Shown: positions 1 through 9,445, counted from the first letter of the stretch. The stretch is 64,000 bases of DNA from Minisyncoccia bacterium (GCA_046293175.1 JBKBPM010000002.1:19176-83175); one strand, 5' to 3'. Numbers and translations: made by a program. The notes: generated from the letters alone by a model not told the origin.

Positions 1-96
1 CCCGTAGAAGAAGTCACCTTCAGCGAGGTGGTCGGCCGTTGCCACCTGGGTGGTAGCAAAAACAAGAAAGAGTGCCGCAATGAACTGTCTGATCAT
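1..96 (-). CDS. partial CDS (N-terminus only); signal-peptide-like MIRQFIAALFLVFATTQVATA..., continues past window start
   Basis: Reverse-complement of 1-96 reads ATG then a hydrophobic leader with no stop before the window edge. Confidence 0.3.
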   Translation of the reverse strand, partial: MIRQFIAALFLVFATTQVATADHLAEGDFFYG

Positions 97-110
97 CTTT
101 TAAAGATACT

Positions 111-458
111 CTATCTATTATCTTCCTTCACTCGAAACTTCAGCATCTTGGTGATGAGGGTCTTCGGGAGCGGTTTGTCGTACGAAAAGCGAACGCAACC
201 CTTTGAGGTACTGTATGACGCGAGCTCGGTGGCAAAAGCTGTAATAGCAGATGGGGTCGGGTAAAAGCCGAGGTGGCCTTTCATAGCGGCGAAGTGAACC
301 AGATTACCCTTCCCGACTAGCGTCGGCATACCGTATTTGATCGCCTCACTCGCCTTGGGTGCCGCTGCCCTGACGATCTCGTACATGGTACGGAGCTGTG
401 GCTGCACATCTTTGGCCTGAGCTTTCATATACGCGGCAACTGTTTGATACGTTTTCAT
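111..458 (-). CDS. DUF1801 (YdhG-like) domain protein
   Basis: C-terminal 116 aa of ORF 111..767 starting at internal Met (MKTYQTVAAYMKAQ...); the long upstream extension overlaps the neighbouring gene and is likely spurious. Confidence 0.55.
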   Translation of the reverse strand: MKTYQTVAAYMKAQAKDVQPQLRTMYEIVRAAAPKASEAIKYGMPTLVGKGNLVHFAAMKGHLGFYPTPSAITAFATELASYSTSKGCVRFSYDKPLPKTLITKMLKFRVKEDNR

Positions 459-532
459 ACCAATAATTATAAAGTAGAAATACAAAAGCAGCACCTGTTG
501 GTACTGCTTTTGTGAAGCTAGTTCGATCTCTA

Positions 533-781
533 TTAGCCTCTGATGAGCTGCACTAACCAAATAAGTGCTACCGCCCCCACCACCGACACTCCGAGACTGT
601 AGAGATTTAGTCCGGTCACTCCCGCTCCCCCAAAGAAGCCAAAGAGCCATCCCCCAATTGATGCTCCAACGATCCCAACAATAATGTTGAGAATGATCCC
701 TTGTGATGCATCGGTCTTCATAATCATCGATGCAATCCAACCTGCAAGCCCACCTAGTACGAGCCACGCAATGTATCCCAT
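533..781 (-). CDS. GlsB/YeaQ/YmgE family transglycosylase-associated small membrane protein
   Basis: 82 aa, Gly-rich double-TM pattern GLAGWIASMI...IVGIVGASIGGWLFGFFGG typical of PF04226. Confidence 0.7.
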   Translation of the reverse strand: MGYIAWLVLGGLAGWIASMIMKTDASQGIILNIIVGIVGASIGGWLFGFFGGAGVTGLNLYSLGVSVVGAVALIWLVQLIRG

Positions 782-829
782 AACGGTTGTGAGTTAAAAA
801 ATAATCCTCTCTTAAATTGTATACCTGTC

Positions 830-1339
830 TTAGTCAGGGCACAATGCCCAATTACCGACGTTACTCGCTGCAGCAGCACGCGCAGCTTCTTTGAACGAGC
901 TAGCGAACATATCGTTTGGCGGTATGATGAGAGGCCGTGCCAGGCCAGCGGCAATGATAGCGTCGTTTACAAACACTTCCGCAGTCCCCTCGCCCACGTA
1001 GACATACCGTAAGAGGCGGTCATACTGGTCACGATCTTCGGCATCAGCCACGAGACGTACCGTCTTTCCTGCCACAAGTTCCCGATTGTATTTGGTGGCT
1101 TCGTGACTCCCACATTCAGGCTTGCCTTCGCGGCGTGGTTCGGGGGTATCGATACCGATGTAGCGCACCGTTTCTTTTTTACCATCCACGTTGACCTCAA
1201 TCGTGTCGCCATCAATCACCGACACCACCTCAGCCATAGTTTCTGCAGGTACATCTACCGGCGAGCTTGGGAAAGTAAACCACGGTACAAATAAACTGAT
1301 GATAGCCGTAAGGAAATTGATTATGAGATTAATGTCCAT
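830..1339 (-). CDS. thermonuclease (staphylococcal-nuclease-like) family secreted nuclease
   Basis: N-terminal TM/signal, motifs VIDGDTIEV...VRYIGIDTPE characteristic of SNase fold. Confidence 0.8.
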   Translation of the reverse strand: MDINLIINFLTAIISLFVPWFTFPSSPVDVPAETMAEVVSVIDGDTIEVNVDGKKETVRYIGIDTPEPRREGKPECGSHEATKYNRELVAGKTVRLVADAEDRDQYDRLLRYVYVGEGTAEVFVNDAIIAAGLARPLIIPPNDMFASSFKEAARAAAASNVGNWALCPD

Positions 1340-1371
1340 AGCAGTCGGTACTATTATGTCATAATAGTAGT

Positions 1372-2097
1372 ATGAAAAGTCATCGTGGCAACATTATCCC
1401 AGCCACGCTCGCAGCGAGCGCTATCCTTGGCATGATTGCGAGCGTAAGTCTCCTGTGGTTTCGTGACACACAGACGGCGGCCGTCGGCAACTTTAGCCTC
1501 ACCCCGAGTGCCGCTGTGGTTACCACTGACAACACCGTCACTTTTGATTTAATAGTCGAGACTGACACCAGCGTAAACGCTTTTGGCGGCACGCTCATGT
1601 TCGACGAGTCAATTCTCAGTGTCGAAAAGATTGATTACAATACTTCAATAGCAGACCTCTGGGCCAAAGCACCCTGGTACAAAAAAGGTTCTGGCACTAT
1701 TTCGTTTGGTGGTGGTACCACGAAGCCAGGTGGGTTCATTGGTCGTGACAACCTCCTCACTATCACTTTCAAAGCTCGTGTCCCTGGCAAAGCCTCGGTA
1801 TCAGTGGCTGATATCCAAATTCTCGAGCATGATGGGTACGGTACGCCACTAACCACCGAAACCGAAATCGACAGCATCTTAACCGTAGTGCCTCATACTT
1901 CAAGTTACGAAGAAAAATCAATTGTTATTGTCCGTCCAGAAAATGTTTCGAGTGACCTCAATGGTGATGGTGTGATCTCACTCAAAGACGCGAGTATCCT
2001 GCTCGGATATCTCGCAACCAGTGACCTCCGCGGCGATCTCACGGGTGATGGTCGAGTGACCCTTGGCGATATGAGCGCCCTTATGAGTAATTTCTAG
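1372..2097 (+). CDS. secreted cohesin-like domain protein with C-terminal dockerin-type repeats
   Basis: Signal peptide; beta-rich region; two D-x-N/T-G-D-G-x-h-x-x-x-D repeats (DLNGDGVISLKDASILL / DLTGDGRVTLGDMSALM). Confidence 0.55.
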   Translation: MKSHRGNIIPATLAASAILGMIASVSLLWFRDTQTAAVGNFSLTPSAAVVTTDNTVTFDLIVETDTSVNAFGGTLMFDESILSVEKIDYNTSIADLWAKAPWYKKGSGTISFGGGTTKPGGFIGRDNLLTITFKARVPGKASVSVADIQILEHDGYGTPLTTETEIDSILTVVPHTSSYEEKSIVIVRPENVSSDLNGDGVISLKDASILLGYLATSDLRGDLTGDGRVTLGDMSALMSNF

Positions 2098-3272
2098 CTC
2101 ACCGTAAATGATTCGGTCACCGCAAGGAGCTCAGCTGATTCATTCGTCCGGATAACGGCAGCCAACACAGCAGAACTCTGACTTGAGATAATGCCATCGC
2201 GTCCGATGGTCATTTCGTTGCGGTCTTCGTCGAGGTCAATACCAAGCGATTCTAAACCAGCCAGGAAAAGGGCGCGGAGTTGCGGACTGCGTTCTGCCGC
2301 GGTAGCGGTCAGTACCACCGCATCAAGGCCACCAAGCGCGACGAGGTACGAACCGAGGGTTTTTTGAAACCGGTAGACACATTGCTGGAAGGCTGCCATG
2401 ACCGACTCATCCCCTTGCTCGAGCCGCGCAAGTAGGTGGCGAAAGTCAGACTCGCCAGTGAGGCCCACAAAGCCACCACGTGTTTGGAGATAGGTGTGCA
2501 TATCAAGCGGCTTCATGTGGTGAATACGCATCAGCTCAAGCACGACTGCTGGTTCGATATCACCGGTACGGGCACCCATCATGAGTCCACTCCCCGGTGC
2601 AAAGCCCATGGTGGTATCGATACTGACGCCGTTCTTAAGCGCACACATACTCATACCACTGCCGATATGACAGACTACTACCCGTGAGGCAGTGAGCGGG
2701 AGGAGTGATGGTAACTGCTTTGCAATCGAAGCGTACGATAAGCCATGGTAGCCAAAGCGATACAGATCATGGGTGCGGATGTCTTCTTGTTCAATCGCAA
2801 AAGTACGCGCGTAGGTTGGAACAGTATTATGGAATGCGCTGTCAGAAACCCCTACCACTACCGCAGTTGGCAGAAGGCGGAGTATCTCTAGAAGCTCAGC
2901 GAGTGTATGAGGAATGTGTAGTGGAGCAAGCACCAGTGCCGCCTCAAGACGGTCTCGGTACTCCTCGTCAATCTGGCGATGGGTCGTGAAGTAGGTACCG
3001 GGCGCCACAATCCGTAGTCCAACTCGGGTGATGGCATTTGCACTTGGTATCAACTGGTCGGTCACTGCTGCAGTAAGCACATACGACAACGCCGATGTAT
3101 ATTCAGTCCCCGTAATACCAGCGCAGAGCTGGCCTTGGCCGTTATGTTCGCGGCACACTTCATACTGATGCTCGTTGCGTTCAAAGCGGTAGGTGGCAAT
3201 AGTTCGCCCAGCGTCAATAAGCGTGTATTTTTTTGAAGAAGAACCCGGATTGATTATTAACGTGAATGCCAT
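2094..3272 (-). CDS. ackA: acetate kinase
   Basis: 392 aa; hallmark motifs FGYHGLSY and VVCHIGSGMSMCA; 16-nt overlap with upstream xfp. Confidence 0.9.
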   Translation of the reverse strand: MAFTLIINPGSSSKKYTLIDAGRTIATYRFERNEHQYEVCREHNGQGQLCAGITGTEYTSALSYVLTAAVTDQLIPSANAITRVGLRIVAPGTYFTTHRQIDEEYRDRLEAALVLAPLHIPHTLAELLEILRLLPTAVVVGVSDSAFHNTVPTYARTFAIEQEDIRTHDLYRFGYHGLSYASIAKQLPSLLPLTASRVVVCHIGSGMSMCALKNGVSIDTTMGFAPGSGLMMGARTGDIEPAVVLELMRIHHMKPLDMHTYLQTRGGFVGLTGESDFRHLLARLEQGDESVMAAFQQCVYRFQKTLGSYLVALGGLDAVVLTATAAERSPQLRALFLAGLESLGIDLDEDRNEMTIGRDGIISSQSSAVLAAVIRTNESAELLAVTESFTVS

Positions 3273-5611
3273 GTCCAGTTAGTAATTTCAATTGGATCGT
3301 CGCCGTGTTCGATAATGTACGCACGGTGTGATTCGAGCTTTTCTTGATAGACGTCGCGGAGTTGCTTGGCTTCCTGGGCCGTGATGACACGCGCGTGTTC
3401 AGCAATGGCAAACGCTTCCATCGCGAGATGATACCGGTCGACGTGATTGCGGACCATCATGTCAAAGGCGGTAGTGGTTGAACCACTTTCTTCGTAGCCG
3501 TGGACAGTAAAGCGAGTGGCATCTCCCCCATAATCAAAGAGGATTTGTTTGATGGTCTGTGGGTAGCCGTGGAAGTTGATGCGAACTGGTTTGTCTTCAG
3601 TAAAGTAGTCTTCAAATTCATGCCGAAGGACGAGGTGCTTGGAGTTGCCAAGTCCTCCGCCTGAAAGGGCATTGATGTTCACGTAGCGCATACGGAAAGC
3701 AGGGATTTCACGACGGACGATACTGATGGCCGCGAGCGTCTCCTGGGTTGGGTAGTCACCGGCTGAGGCAAAAACCATATGAGGGTCGTTGTCGGTAGCA
3801 AAGTCCCAAATAGCAATACCCATATCGATATCACGCTTGGCTTCAGTCGCGGTCCGCCAGATTGGGAGCGGGCGCTTTTCACAAACCATCACATTAATCT
3901 CTCGTTCACTATCCATCATGCGGGCAAAGGCTGCGAGCGCTAAGTTAGCGTCCGCTGGAAAATAGACATTGGTGAAATCACTTTGGCGTTGGAGTACTCC
4001 ATCAATAAAGCCGGGGTTCTGGTGCGAGAAGCCATTATGCTCTTGGCGCCAGCCAGTTGAAGTGAGGATGTAATTTAAAGACGCAATCGTGCCGCGCCAT
4101 GGCACCTGACGCGCAATCTTGAGGAACTTCGCGTACTGGTCGGTCATACTCGCAACAATCTGCGCAAAGGCTTCGTAAGACACGAGGAGCCCATGACGAC
4201 CAGTGAGTACGTACCCTTGGAGCAATCCCTGGAGACTGTGTTCGGAAAGCATCTCGAGGACTCGCCCATCGCGCGAGATGTCTTTGTCCCAGGGCTTTAG
4301 GGGCCAGAGAAAAGAGCGGGTGGTCGTCTCAAAGACAGCGTGGATTTTGTTTGAGTAGGTTTCATCCGGCGACATAAGACGGAGATTGCGACGGTCGGCA
4401 TTAAGCGTCATGGTATCGCGCAGGTAGGCACCAATTTTTTCCATACTACTTTCCATACCGCAGATGGGATCATCGAGGTTGCAGGTGTTTCCCGAACTAT
4501 AGGCGCTCGTGTCTGGGAGCACCAGCTTCTGGTAGTGCGGCTGACCACCACGGGCGTACGCTGAATTACCCATGCGTCGCTCGGGCGACGGAACCAGTGA
4601 CTCAATACCAGCTGTGAAGCCCTGCCCACTAAAGAGTTCGTCAAAGTGGTAAGAGCGAAGCCAAGTCTCGAGGGCGGCGAGATGCGTCTCGTTGGTCTTC
4701 GCGAATTCAGCAATCACCTGGTGTGAGGTGTGATTGTCTTCAATACGCTTACCATCAAGCTCGGGAATACTGTGCCAACCTTTGGGGGTACGTAAAATAA
4801 TCATAGGCCAGCGTGGTGGTTCTTTGAGGTTCCCCTCGCGAGCAATGTACTGGGTAAACTGAATAGCCGACACGGCGGTATCAAGTACCTCCATCATGCG
4901 GGTATGCACATCGGCCTCGGTATAGGCATCAACAATGTGTGGCTCGTAGCCATAACCGATGAATAGCGCGGTTAGTTCTTCGTCGCTCATCCGCCCGGCA
5001 AAAGTTGGACCAGAAATCTTGTACCCATTGAGGTGAAGAATTGGTAGCACAGCTCCATTGGTCGCTGGATCAACAAGCTTATTGAGGTGCCAAGCGGTCG
5101 CGGTAGGACCGGTTTCAAATTCACCATCACCAATGAGACACGCCGCGATAAGGGACGGATTATCAAGGACGGCACCGTAGGCGGTAGCAAGCGCGTAACC
5201 GAGTTCCCCACCTTCGAGAATCACTCCCGGAGCTTCCGGGTTACTGTGACTCGGGAAACCATACGGCCAACTAAACTGCCCAGCAAGGTAGGACAAGCCG
5301 GCTTCGGTACGAGGGATTTTTTCGTAGTACTGGCTGAGGGTACCTTCGAGGAAAAGATTCGCTTGTATCGCTGGAAAACCGTGGCCCGGACCAAGCACAA
5401 AGAGCATGTCGAGGTCACGAGCGACGATGGCGCGATTGAGGTGAGCGTAGGTAAAGTTGATACCTGGGCAGGTACCCCAGTGGCCCAAGAGACGAGACTT
5501 CACATGCTCCGGCGCCAATGGCTCCTCAAGGAGAAAGTTGGCTTGTAAGTAGATTTGAATGGCCGAGAGATAATCTGCGGCGCGGATGTATTCCAAAAGA
5601 GCTTCGCGCAT
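3257..5611 (-). CDS. xfp: xylulose-5-phosphate/fructose-6-phosphate phosphoketolase
   Basis: About 784 aa from internal Met MREALLEYIRAADYLSA; GHWGTCPG TPP-binding hallmark; upstream 10 codons of ORF likely not translated. Confidence 0.9.
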   Translation of the reverse strand: MREALLEYIRAADYLSAIQIYLQANFLLEEPLAPEHVKSRLLGHWGTCPGINFTYAHLNRAIVARDLDMLFVLGPGHGFPAIQANLFLEGTLSQYYEKIPRTEAGLSYLAGQFSWPYGFPSHSNPEAPGVILEGGELGYALATAYGAVLDNPSLIAACLIGDGEFETGPTATAWHLNKLVDPATNGAVLPILHLNGYKISGPTFAGRMSDEELTALFIGYGYEPHIVDAYTEADVHTRMMEVLDTAVSAIQFTQYIAREGNLKEPPRWPMIILRTPKGWHSIPELDGKRIEDNHTSHQVIAEFAKTNETHLAALETWLRSYHFDELFSGQGFTAGIESLVPSPERRMGNSAYARGGQPHYQKLVLPDTSAYSSGNTCNLDDPICGMESSMEKIGAYLRDTMTLNADRRNLRLMSPDETYSNKIHAVFETTTRSFLWPLKPWDKDISRDGRVLEMLSEHSLQGLLQGYVLTGRHGLLVSYEAFAQIVASMTDQYAKFLKIARQVPWRGTIASLNYILTSTGWRQEHNGFSHQNPGFIDGVLQRQSDFTNVYFPADANLALAAFARMMDSEREINVMVCEKRPLPIWRTATEAKRDIDMGIAIWDFATDNDPHMVFASAGDYPTQETLAAISIVRREIPAFRMRYVNINALSGGGLGNSKHLVLRHEFEDYFTEDKPVRINFHGYPQTIKQILFDYGGDATRFTVHGYEESGSTTTAFDMMVRNHVDRYHLAMEAFAIAEHARVITAQEAKQLRDVYQEKLESHRAYIIEHGDDPIEITNWTWHSR

Positions 5612-5714
5612 ACAGTGGTAGTATACCAGTGCTAACCACAACTGTTTGACGTCTGCTGTTCACAAAAGTAGTAGTGGAGTGAATCAAATATCTTGTGGTA
5701 TACTCTTTCGCGCT

Positions 5715-6122
5715 ATGAAAAAAACTGATCACCTCGTGGTAAAACGCGGTACACACGGACTTGGACTTTTTACCACTGCTCCAATTGCGAAGGGATCTCT
5801 CATTATTGAATACACAGGGGAGAAAATTACTGCCGACGAAGCAAACAGACGCGGTGGTCAGTATCTCTTTGAGATCAACGACAGTTACACGGTTGACGGT
5901 CGCGGTCGTGAGAATACCGCCCGGTACATTAACCATTCTTGCCGCCCAAACTGCTATCCCGAAATTGATGAAGATGAGGAACATATCTTTATTTACGCCA
6001 AACGTGCCATTAAGCCAGGCGAAGAGCTCACGTACGACTACGGGAAAGAATTTTGGAACGAATACATCAAACCAAAACAGTGCCGCTGCGAAAAATGTAC
6101 TGAAGCGAGAGCAAAAGCCTAA
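5715..6122 (+). CDS. SET-domain protein (putative lysine methyltransferase)
   Basis: 135 aa from ATG (MKKTDHLVVKRG...); NHSCRPNC and ELTYDYG SET motifs; the listed ORF start at 5646 is a TTG-extended artifact. Confidence 0.8.
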   Translation: MKKTDHLVVKRGTHGLGLFTTAPIAKGSLIIEYTGEKITADEANRRGGQYLFEINDSYTVDGRGRENTARYINHSCRPNCYPEIDEDEEHIFIYAKRAIKPGEELTYDYGKEFWNEYIKPKQCRCEKCTEARAKA

Positions 6123-6157
6123 ACAAAAACTACTCACCTTGATACTGGTGAGTAGTT

Positions 6158-6808
6158 TTAGGAAGTAGGAGTAGTTGTCTCGGCCGGGACAAGACCGCTT
6201 GGTGTAGCACCATCACCTAGGGGAGTGTTGTCGGTGCCTTCGGTATTGCTATCTGTAGTTTCAGTAACTGCCTCAGAGCTGGTAGCCGTGGTAGTAGCGG
6301 GGGTCTCAGGAACAGGTGGTGGGGTCGGCGCATCTGCTGGAGTGAGTCCACCATTTGGACGGAGGTCACTACTCTGAACTGGAACCGTGATGGTGCTTTC
6401 GCCTTCGCGCACTTCGCCGCGATTGATACGTTCATTGCGTTCGTTTACGACCGCCACCACATCAATCTGACCATTATCGCTCATCCCAATTCCGACCCCA
6501 GCACCACACAGAAGAAGGACAATGCTCAGTGTCCACATGAGTGAACGGCGACCACGCGACACCGCCTTTCGCTGTTCGCTGATTGAGGTCGGCGCACGCC
6601 GAGCCGGTTCGGTCCGAGCCGCTGCAACGAAAGTAGTCTCTTTGACCGGTTCAACACGCTTCCGTGGTCCCCGTGGTGCCCGCGAGGCTGGTGCTTCGCC
6701 GTCAGAAACAACCGTCACCCGCTTGCGAGGCGCGCGTTTTTTGGGGACTAGCGTTTCTTCTTCAGTTGTCGTTGTTCGCGCACGCGGCATGTCAAGATAT
6801 TCTAGCAT
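6158..6808 (-). CDS. hypothetical single-pass membrane protein with basic N-terminus and Pro/Thr-rich extracytoplasmic tail
   Basis: ORF with one predicted TM helix (WTLSIVLLLCGAGVGIG); low-complexity composition; start may be internal Met at 6790. Confidence 0.4.
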   Translation of the reverse strand: MLEYLDMPRARTTTTEEETLVPKKRAPRKRVTVVSDGEAPASRAPRGPRKRVEPVKETTFVAAARTEPARRAPTSISEQRKAVSRGRRSLMWTLSIVLLLCGAGVGIGMSDNGQIDVVAVVNERNERINRGEVREGESTITVPVQSSDLRPNGGLTPADAPTPPPVPETPATTTATSSEAVTETTDSNTEGTDNTPLGDGATPSGLVPAETTTPTS

Positions 6809-6826
6809 TTGTTACACTAGATACAT

Positions 6827-7633
6827 ATGGCTACCACCCTTCTTATCAACATCTTTCTTTTTGCACTGATTATCTTCACACTGTCGACACTTATCTTCTT
6901 ATACTCAGCCCACAAAGAGGATATGAGTGTGATGGACATAGCGTATGGGCCTTTGTTTGCCATTGGCGCCTGGTCAGCCATTGTGATAACCGAAGGCTAT
7001 TACCCACTTACTCTGCTCGTTGCCACACTCATCACGCTCTGGGCACTGCGACTTGGTGTGCGTATCTGGCGCAAAAATCACGAGAAGCCCGAAGACGCCC
7101 GCTATGCCGCTTGGCGCCAAGCCTGGATGCGGCAAGGTCGGCAATACTTCCTCATACGCAGTTACCTGCAGGTAAATTTATTCCAGGGATTGATTATCTG
7201 TATCATCGCACTGCCGTTTATCGTCACGCTCTCAGCTGGCGACGCACACGGTACCTGGCAGACGGCGGTCGGTGCGCTTCTCATGCTCTTTGGACTCGCT
7301 TATGAAACCACGGCTGACTGGCAGCTGGATGCCTTCCTCGCGCGCAAGCGGTCTGGCATTGAGGCAGCTACCATCATGACCTCCGGACTCTTCCGCTATA
7401 GTCGCCGACCCAATTATTTTGGTGAGGTCTTGATCTGGGTTGGGCTCGCTATGATGGCGTATCCTCTCCCCTACGGAGAATGGGCCATACTCAGTCCACT
7501 CCTCATCTGGTACATCGTGACCCGTGTCACCGGACCAATGCTTGAAAAAATCTTTTTGGAAAAATATCCCGATGCCTACCAAGCCTACATGGCCCGTACC
7601 AACTATTTTATTCCTGGCAAACCACGTGAATAA
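6827..7633 (+). CDS. DUF1295 / ICMT-like (steroid 5-alpha-reductase family) polytopic membrane protein
   Basis: 268 aa, multiple TM segments, C-terminal motif LFRYSRRPNYFGE matching the RHPxYxGE signature of this superfamily. Confidence 0.7.
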   Translation: MATTLLINIFLFALIIFTLSTLIFLYSAHKEDMSVMDIAYGPLFAIGAWSAIVITEGYYPLTLLVATLITLWALRLGVRIWRKNHEKPEDARYAAWRQAWMRQGRQYFLIRSYLQVNLFQGLIICIIALPFIVTLSAGDAHGTWQTAVGALLMLFGLAYETTADWQLDAFLARKRSGIEAATIMTSGLFRYSRRPNYFGEVLIWVGLAMMAYPLPYGEWAILSPLLIWYIVTRVTGPMLEKIFLEKYPDAYQAYMARTNYFIPGKPRE

Positions 7634-7650
7634 TAATCACTATATACTAA

Positions 7651-7690
7651 AAACAAGCGGTGCCCACTATTTAGGTGCCGCTTGTTTTAC
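7651..7690. terminator. bidirectional rho-independent terminator shared by convergent genes
   Basis: Stem aagcggtgcc/ggtgccgctt (two G-U pairs) with T-runs on both strands; overlaps stop codon of the minus-strand DUF2256 gene. Confidence 0.5.
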
Positions 7691-7809
7691 TTCCCCGCCT
7701 TACACCGCTCGCTGCAATAGATAACCTGTTCCCACTGACCGCGGAGCTTCCAGCTTTTGCGATTCGTAAACGGTTTACCACACCGAACACAGAGTTTTGA
7801 ATCTTTCAT
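7687..7809 (-). CDS. DUF2256-like small zinc-ribbon protein (40 aa; below ORF-track cutoff)
   Basis: Translation MKDSKLCVRCGKPFTNRKSWKLRGQWEQVIYCSERCKAGK; CxxC...CxxRC pattern of DUF2256. Confidence 0.55.
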   Translation of the reverse strand: MKDSKLCVRCGKPFTNRKSWKLRGQWEQVIYCSERCKAGK

Positions 7810-7854
7810 TATGCACTTATCGTACGCGTTTTTACTCTTTTGTTCTATCCCCAA

Positions 7855-7883
7855 TTGACAGGCTCCACCATCGCGGTTACTAT
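7855..7883 (+). promoter_or_regulatory. sigma70-like promoter (TTGACA-17-TACTAT) followed by 5'UTR hairpin 7892-7913
   Basis: Perfect -35, 17-nt spacer, TAnnnT -10; hairpin ccgctcta/tagagcgg; GAGGA RBS before ATG 7941. Confidence 0.4.
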
Positions 7884-7940
7884 CGCAGGTTCCGCTCTAC
7901 CGGTATAGAGCGGAAGTATGAAGCAAAGAAACGAGGATAA

Positions 7941-8189
7941 ATGCAGATGCTAACCACAACACAGCCCACCACGACCCCGCGGGGCCAAACGAGGGCGTTT
8001 CGGATCTTTGAGGAGATCCGCTCGATCCTGCCGATCGCCGAGCGGGTGCGGCAGCGGTGGCAGAAGCGACCGGTGGCCGCACTGAACCGCGAACAGCTGA
8101 TCGACCAGCTTGTGCGCGAGCATCATCTCCATTGCCATGGAGCATGTGGTAGCTGTCGCCACACTATCCAAGACATCTTCAGCGACTAG
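7941..8189 (+). CDS. hypothetical small protein with C-terminal His/Cys cluster (HHLHCHGACGSCRH), in high-GC islet
   Basis: 82 aa ORF with own promoter, RBS and terminator; GC content far above surroundings. Confidence 0.45.
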   Translation: MQMLTTTQPTTTPRGQTRAFRIFEEIRSILPIAERVRQRWQKRPVAALNREQLIDQLVREHHLHCHGACGSCRHTIQDIFSD

Positions 8190-8220
8190 CGCCGACGCGG
8201 TGCCAGCCTGAACACGACGC

Positions 8221-8251
8221 GGCCGAAGGGAACCCCTTCGGCCGTTTTTTA
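8221..8251. terminator. rho-independent terminator (bidirectional)
   Basis: ggccgaagggaaccccttcggcc hairpin followed by TTTTTT. Confidence 0.7.
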
Positions 8252-8314
8252 TTTCTGATATAAAATACCCCCCGACCGTTCCCGGTCGGGGTGATTTCTT
8301 TTCTTGCAGCCAGA

Positions 8315-8635
8315 TTAGGCGGCAATGGCAGGGACGAGGGTAAACTGCTCCGGCGGTTCCTCCTTGAACCGCGGCAGGTCAGCTGGAAGGTACGTCATGC
8401 GCCAGCCGAGCACCAGCATGATGCGGTCGAGCGTCCAGGCCGTGGGACGCCTCGTCACACCATTGAGCAGATTGTTCATGGTCGACACGCCGACATACGC
8501 TTCCTTGGCGATGTCTTCGAGTGTGCGGCCATTGCGCAGTGCTATGCGCAACATCCACTTCACCATGCTGACGCGCATTTGGAACAGCGCTTCGGCTTCG
8601 GCGAAGCCTTCGGGGTCAGTTTCGACATACTTCAC
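8315..8635 (-). CDS. helix-turn-helix (XRE/Cro-like) transcriptional regulator, in high-GC islet
   Basis: 106 aa; RTLEDIAKEAYVGVSTMNNLLNG HTH-like segment; convergent with 7941..8189. Confidence 0.55.
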   Translation of the reverse strand: MKYVETDPEGFAEAEALFQMRVSMVKWMLRIALRNGRTLEDIAKEAYVGVSTMNNLLNGVTRRPTAWTLDRIMLVLGWRMTYLPADLPRFKEEPPEQFTLVPAIAA

Positions 8636-8815
8636 AGTGTAGTCCTTTCCTCTGGGAACAAAATCTTATGCGAAGCATTATATCACAAAATTATTAAAAT
8701 GCAATAGTTCATCATTAGACTTAAATGTACTTCTCCTACGAAGTGGGCTTTACGAATACAAATATACGAAGTACGGTTATAGGTAGCAACAACCATTGAC
8801 CGAAAGGAGGTCACT

Positions 8816-9440
8816 GTGTCGAATCTACCCTCACTCCTTCTCGTGATGCTGGCCATGATCTTTACGGTCTTAGGTAGTAGTCGCTTCAGCACCGCTGAAG
8901 AACCGGTAACTCGGTCACACCTTATCATCGTCGCCGACCATAGTACGAGTATGCATACAAGCGGTGCCATGTTCGTACTCACGAACGCTATCATCACAAC
9001 CCTCGATAGTTTTCCAGGCGACTGCGGTGAAACCAAGGTCACCTATATCGCCTGGGGAGATTCTATCCGATCAGTTTCAGCGAACGTAAATGGCTGATGC
9101 GCGATACAACCTCATGCTCGAGATCGGTGATTTCTCTAATCTCGACCTTAGAGGTACGAATGATAAAGAAGCTATCGAAGTGGCAAATGCTTTAGTCAAC
9201 CCGGAAGAAAAAACGATTGTCGTCTTTCTCACCGACAATGTGTCCGGAGGATATGCGATTGGCCAAGTTAATTATGAACTTCACAAAGTCGGCATCATTC
9301 GACCCGGTGCAGCTGAGAGTCTTCGTGATAAGTTCCTCCCGGGACAAGGAATTGTCCATAACATCGACACAATCGATGATCTCACTGTCATTATGACAGA
9401 TATCCTCGCTTCGGCTCGTAGTTCGCTCTGCCTCGGATGA
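8816..9440 (+). pseudogene. frameshifted paralog of the downstream secreted vWA-like gene (two ORFs 8816..9097 and 9090..9440, +1 shift)
   Basis: GTG start with AAGGAGG RBS; IIVADHSTSM (D-x-S-x-S MIDAS-like) in ORF1, VVFLTDN...ESLRDKFLP...SLCLG in ORF2 collinear with the 9614..10267 protein. Confidence 0.5.
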
Positions 9441-9445
9441 CATCT

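Noticed and set aside
5646-5714. TTG-initiated N-terminal extension of the SET-domain gene (ORF track start 5646)
   Set aside because: An in-frame ATG with conserved N-terminal sequence lies at 5715. The extension overlaps the xfp start region.
6522-7305. ORFs 6522..6869, 6664..7305 (+) and 7232..7582 (-)
   Set aside because: They overlap better-supported genes (6158..6808 and the DUF1295 gene) on other frames or strands, and have atypical composition (Arg/Cys/His-rich).
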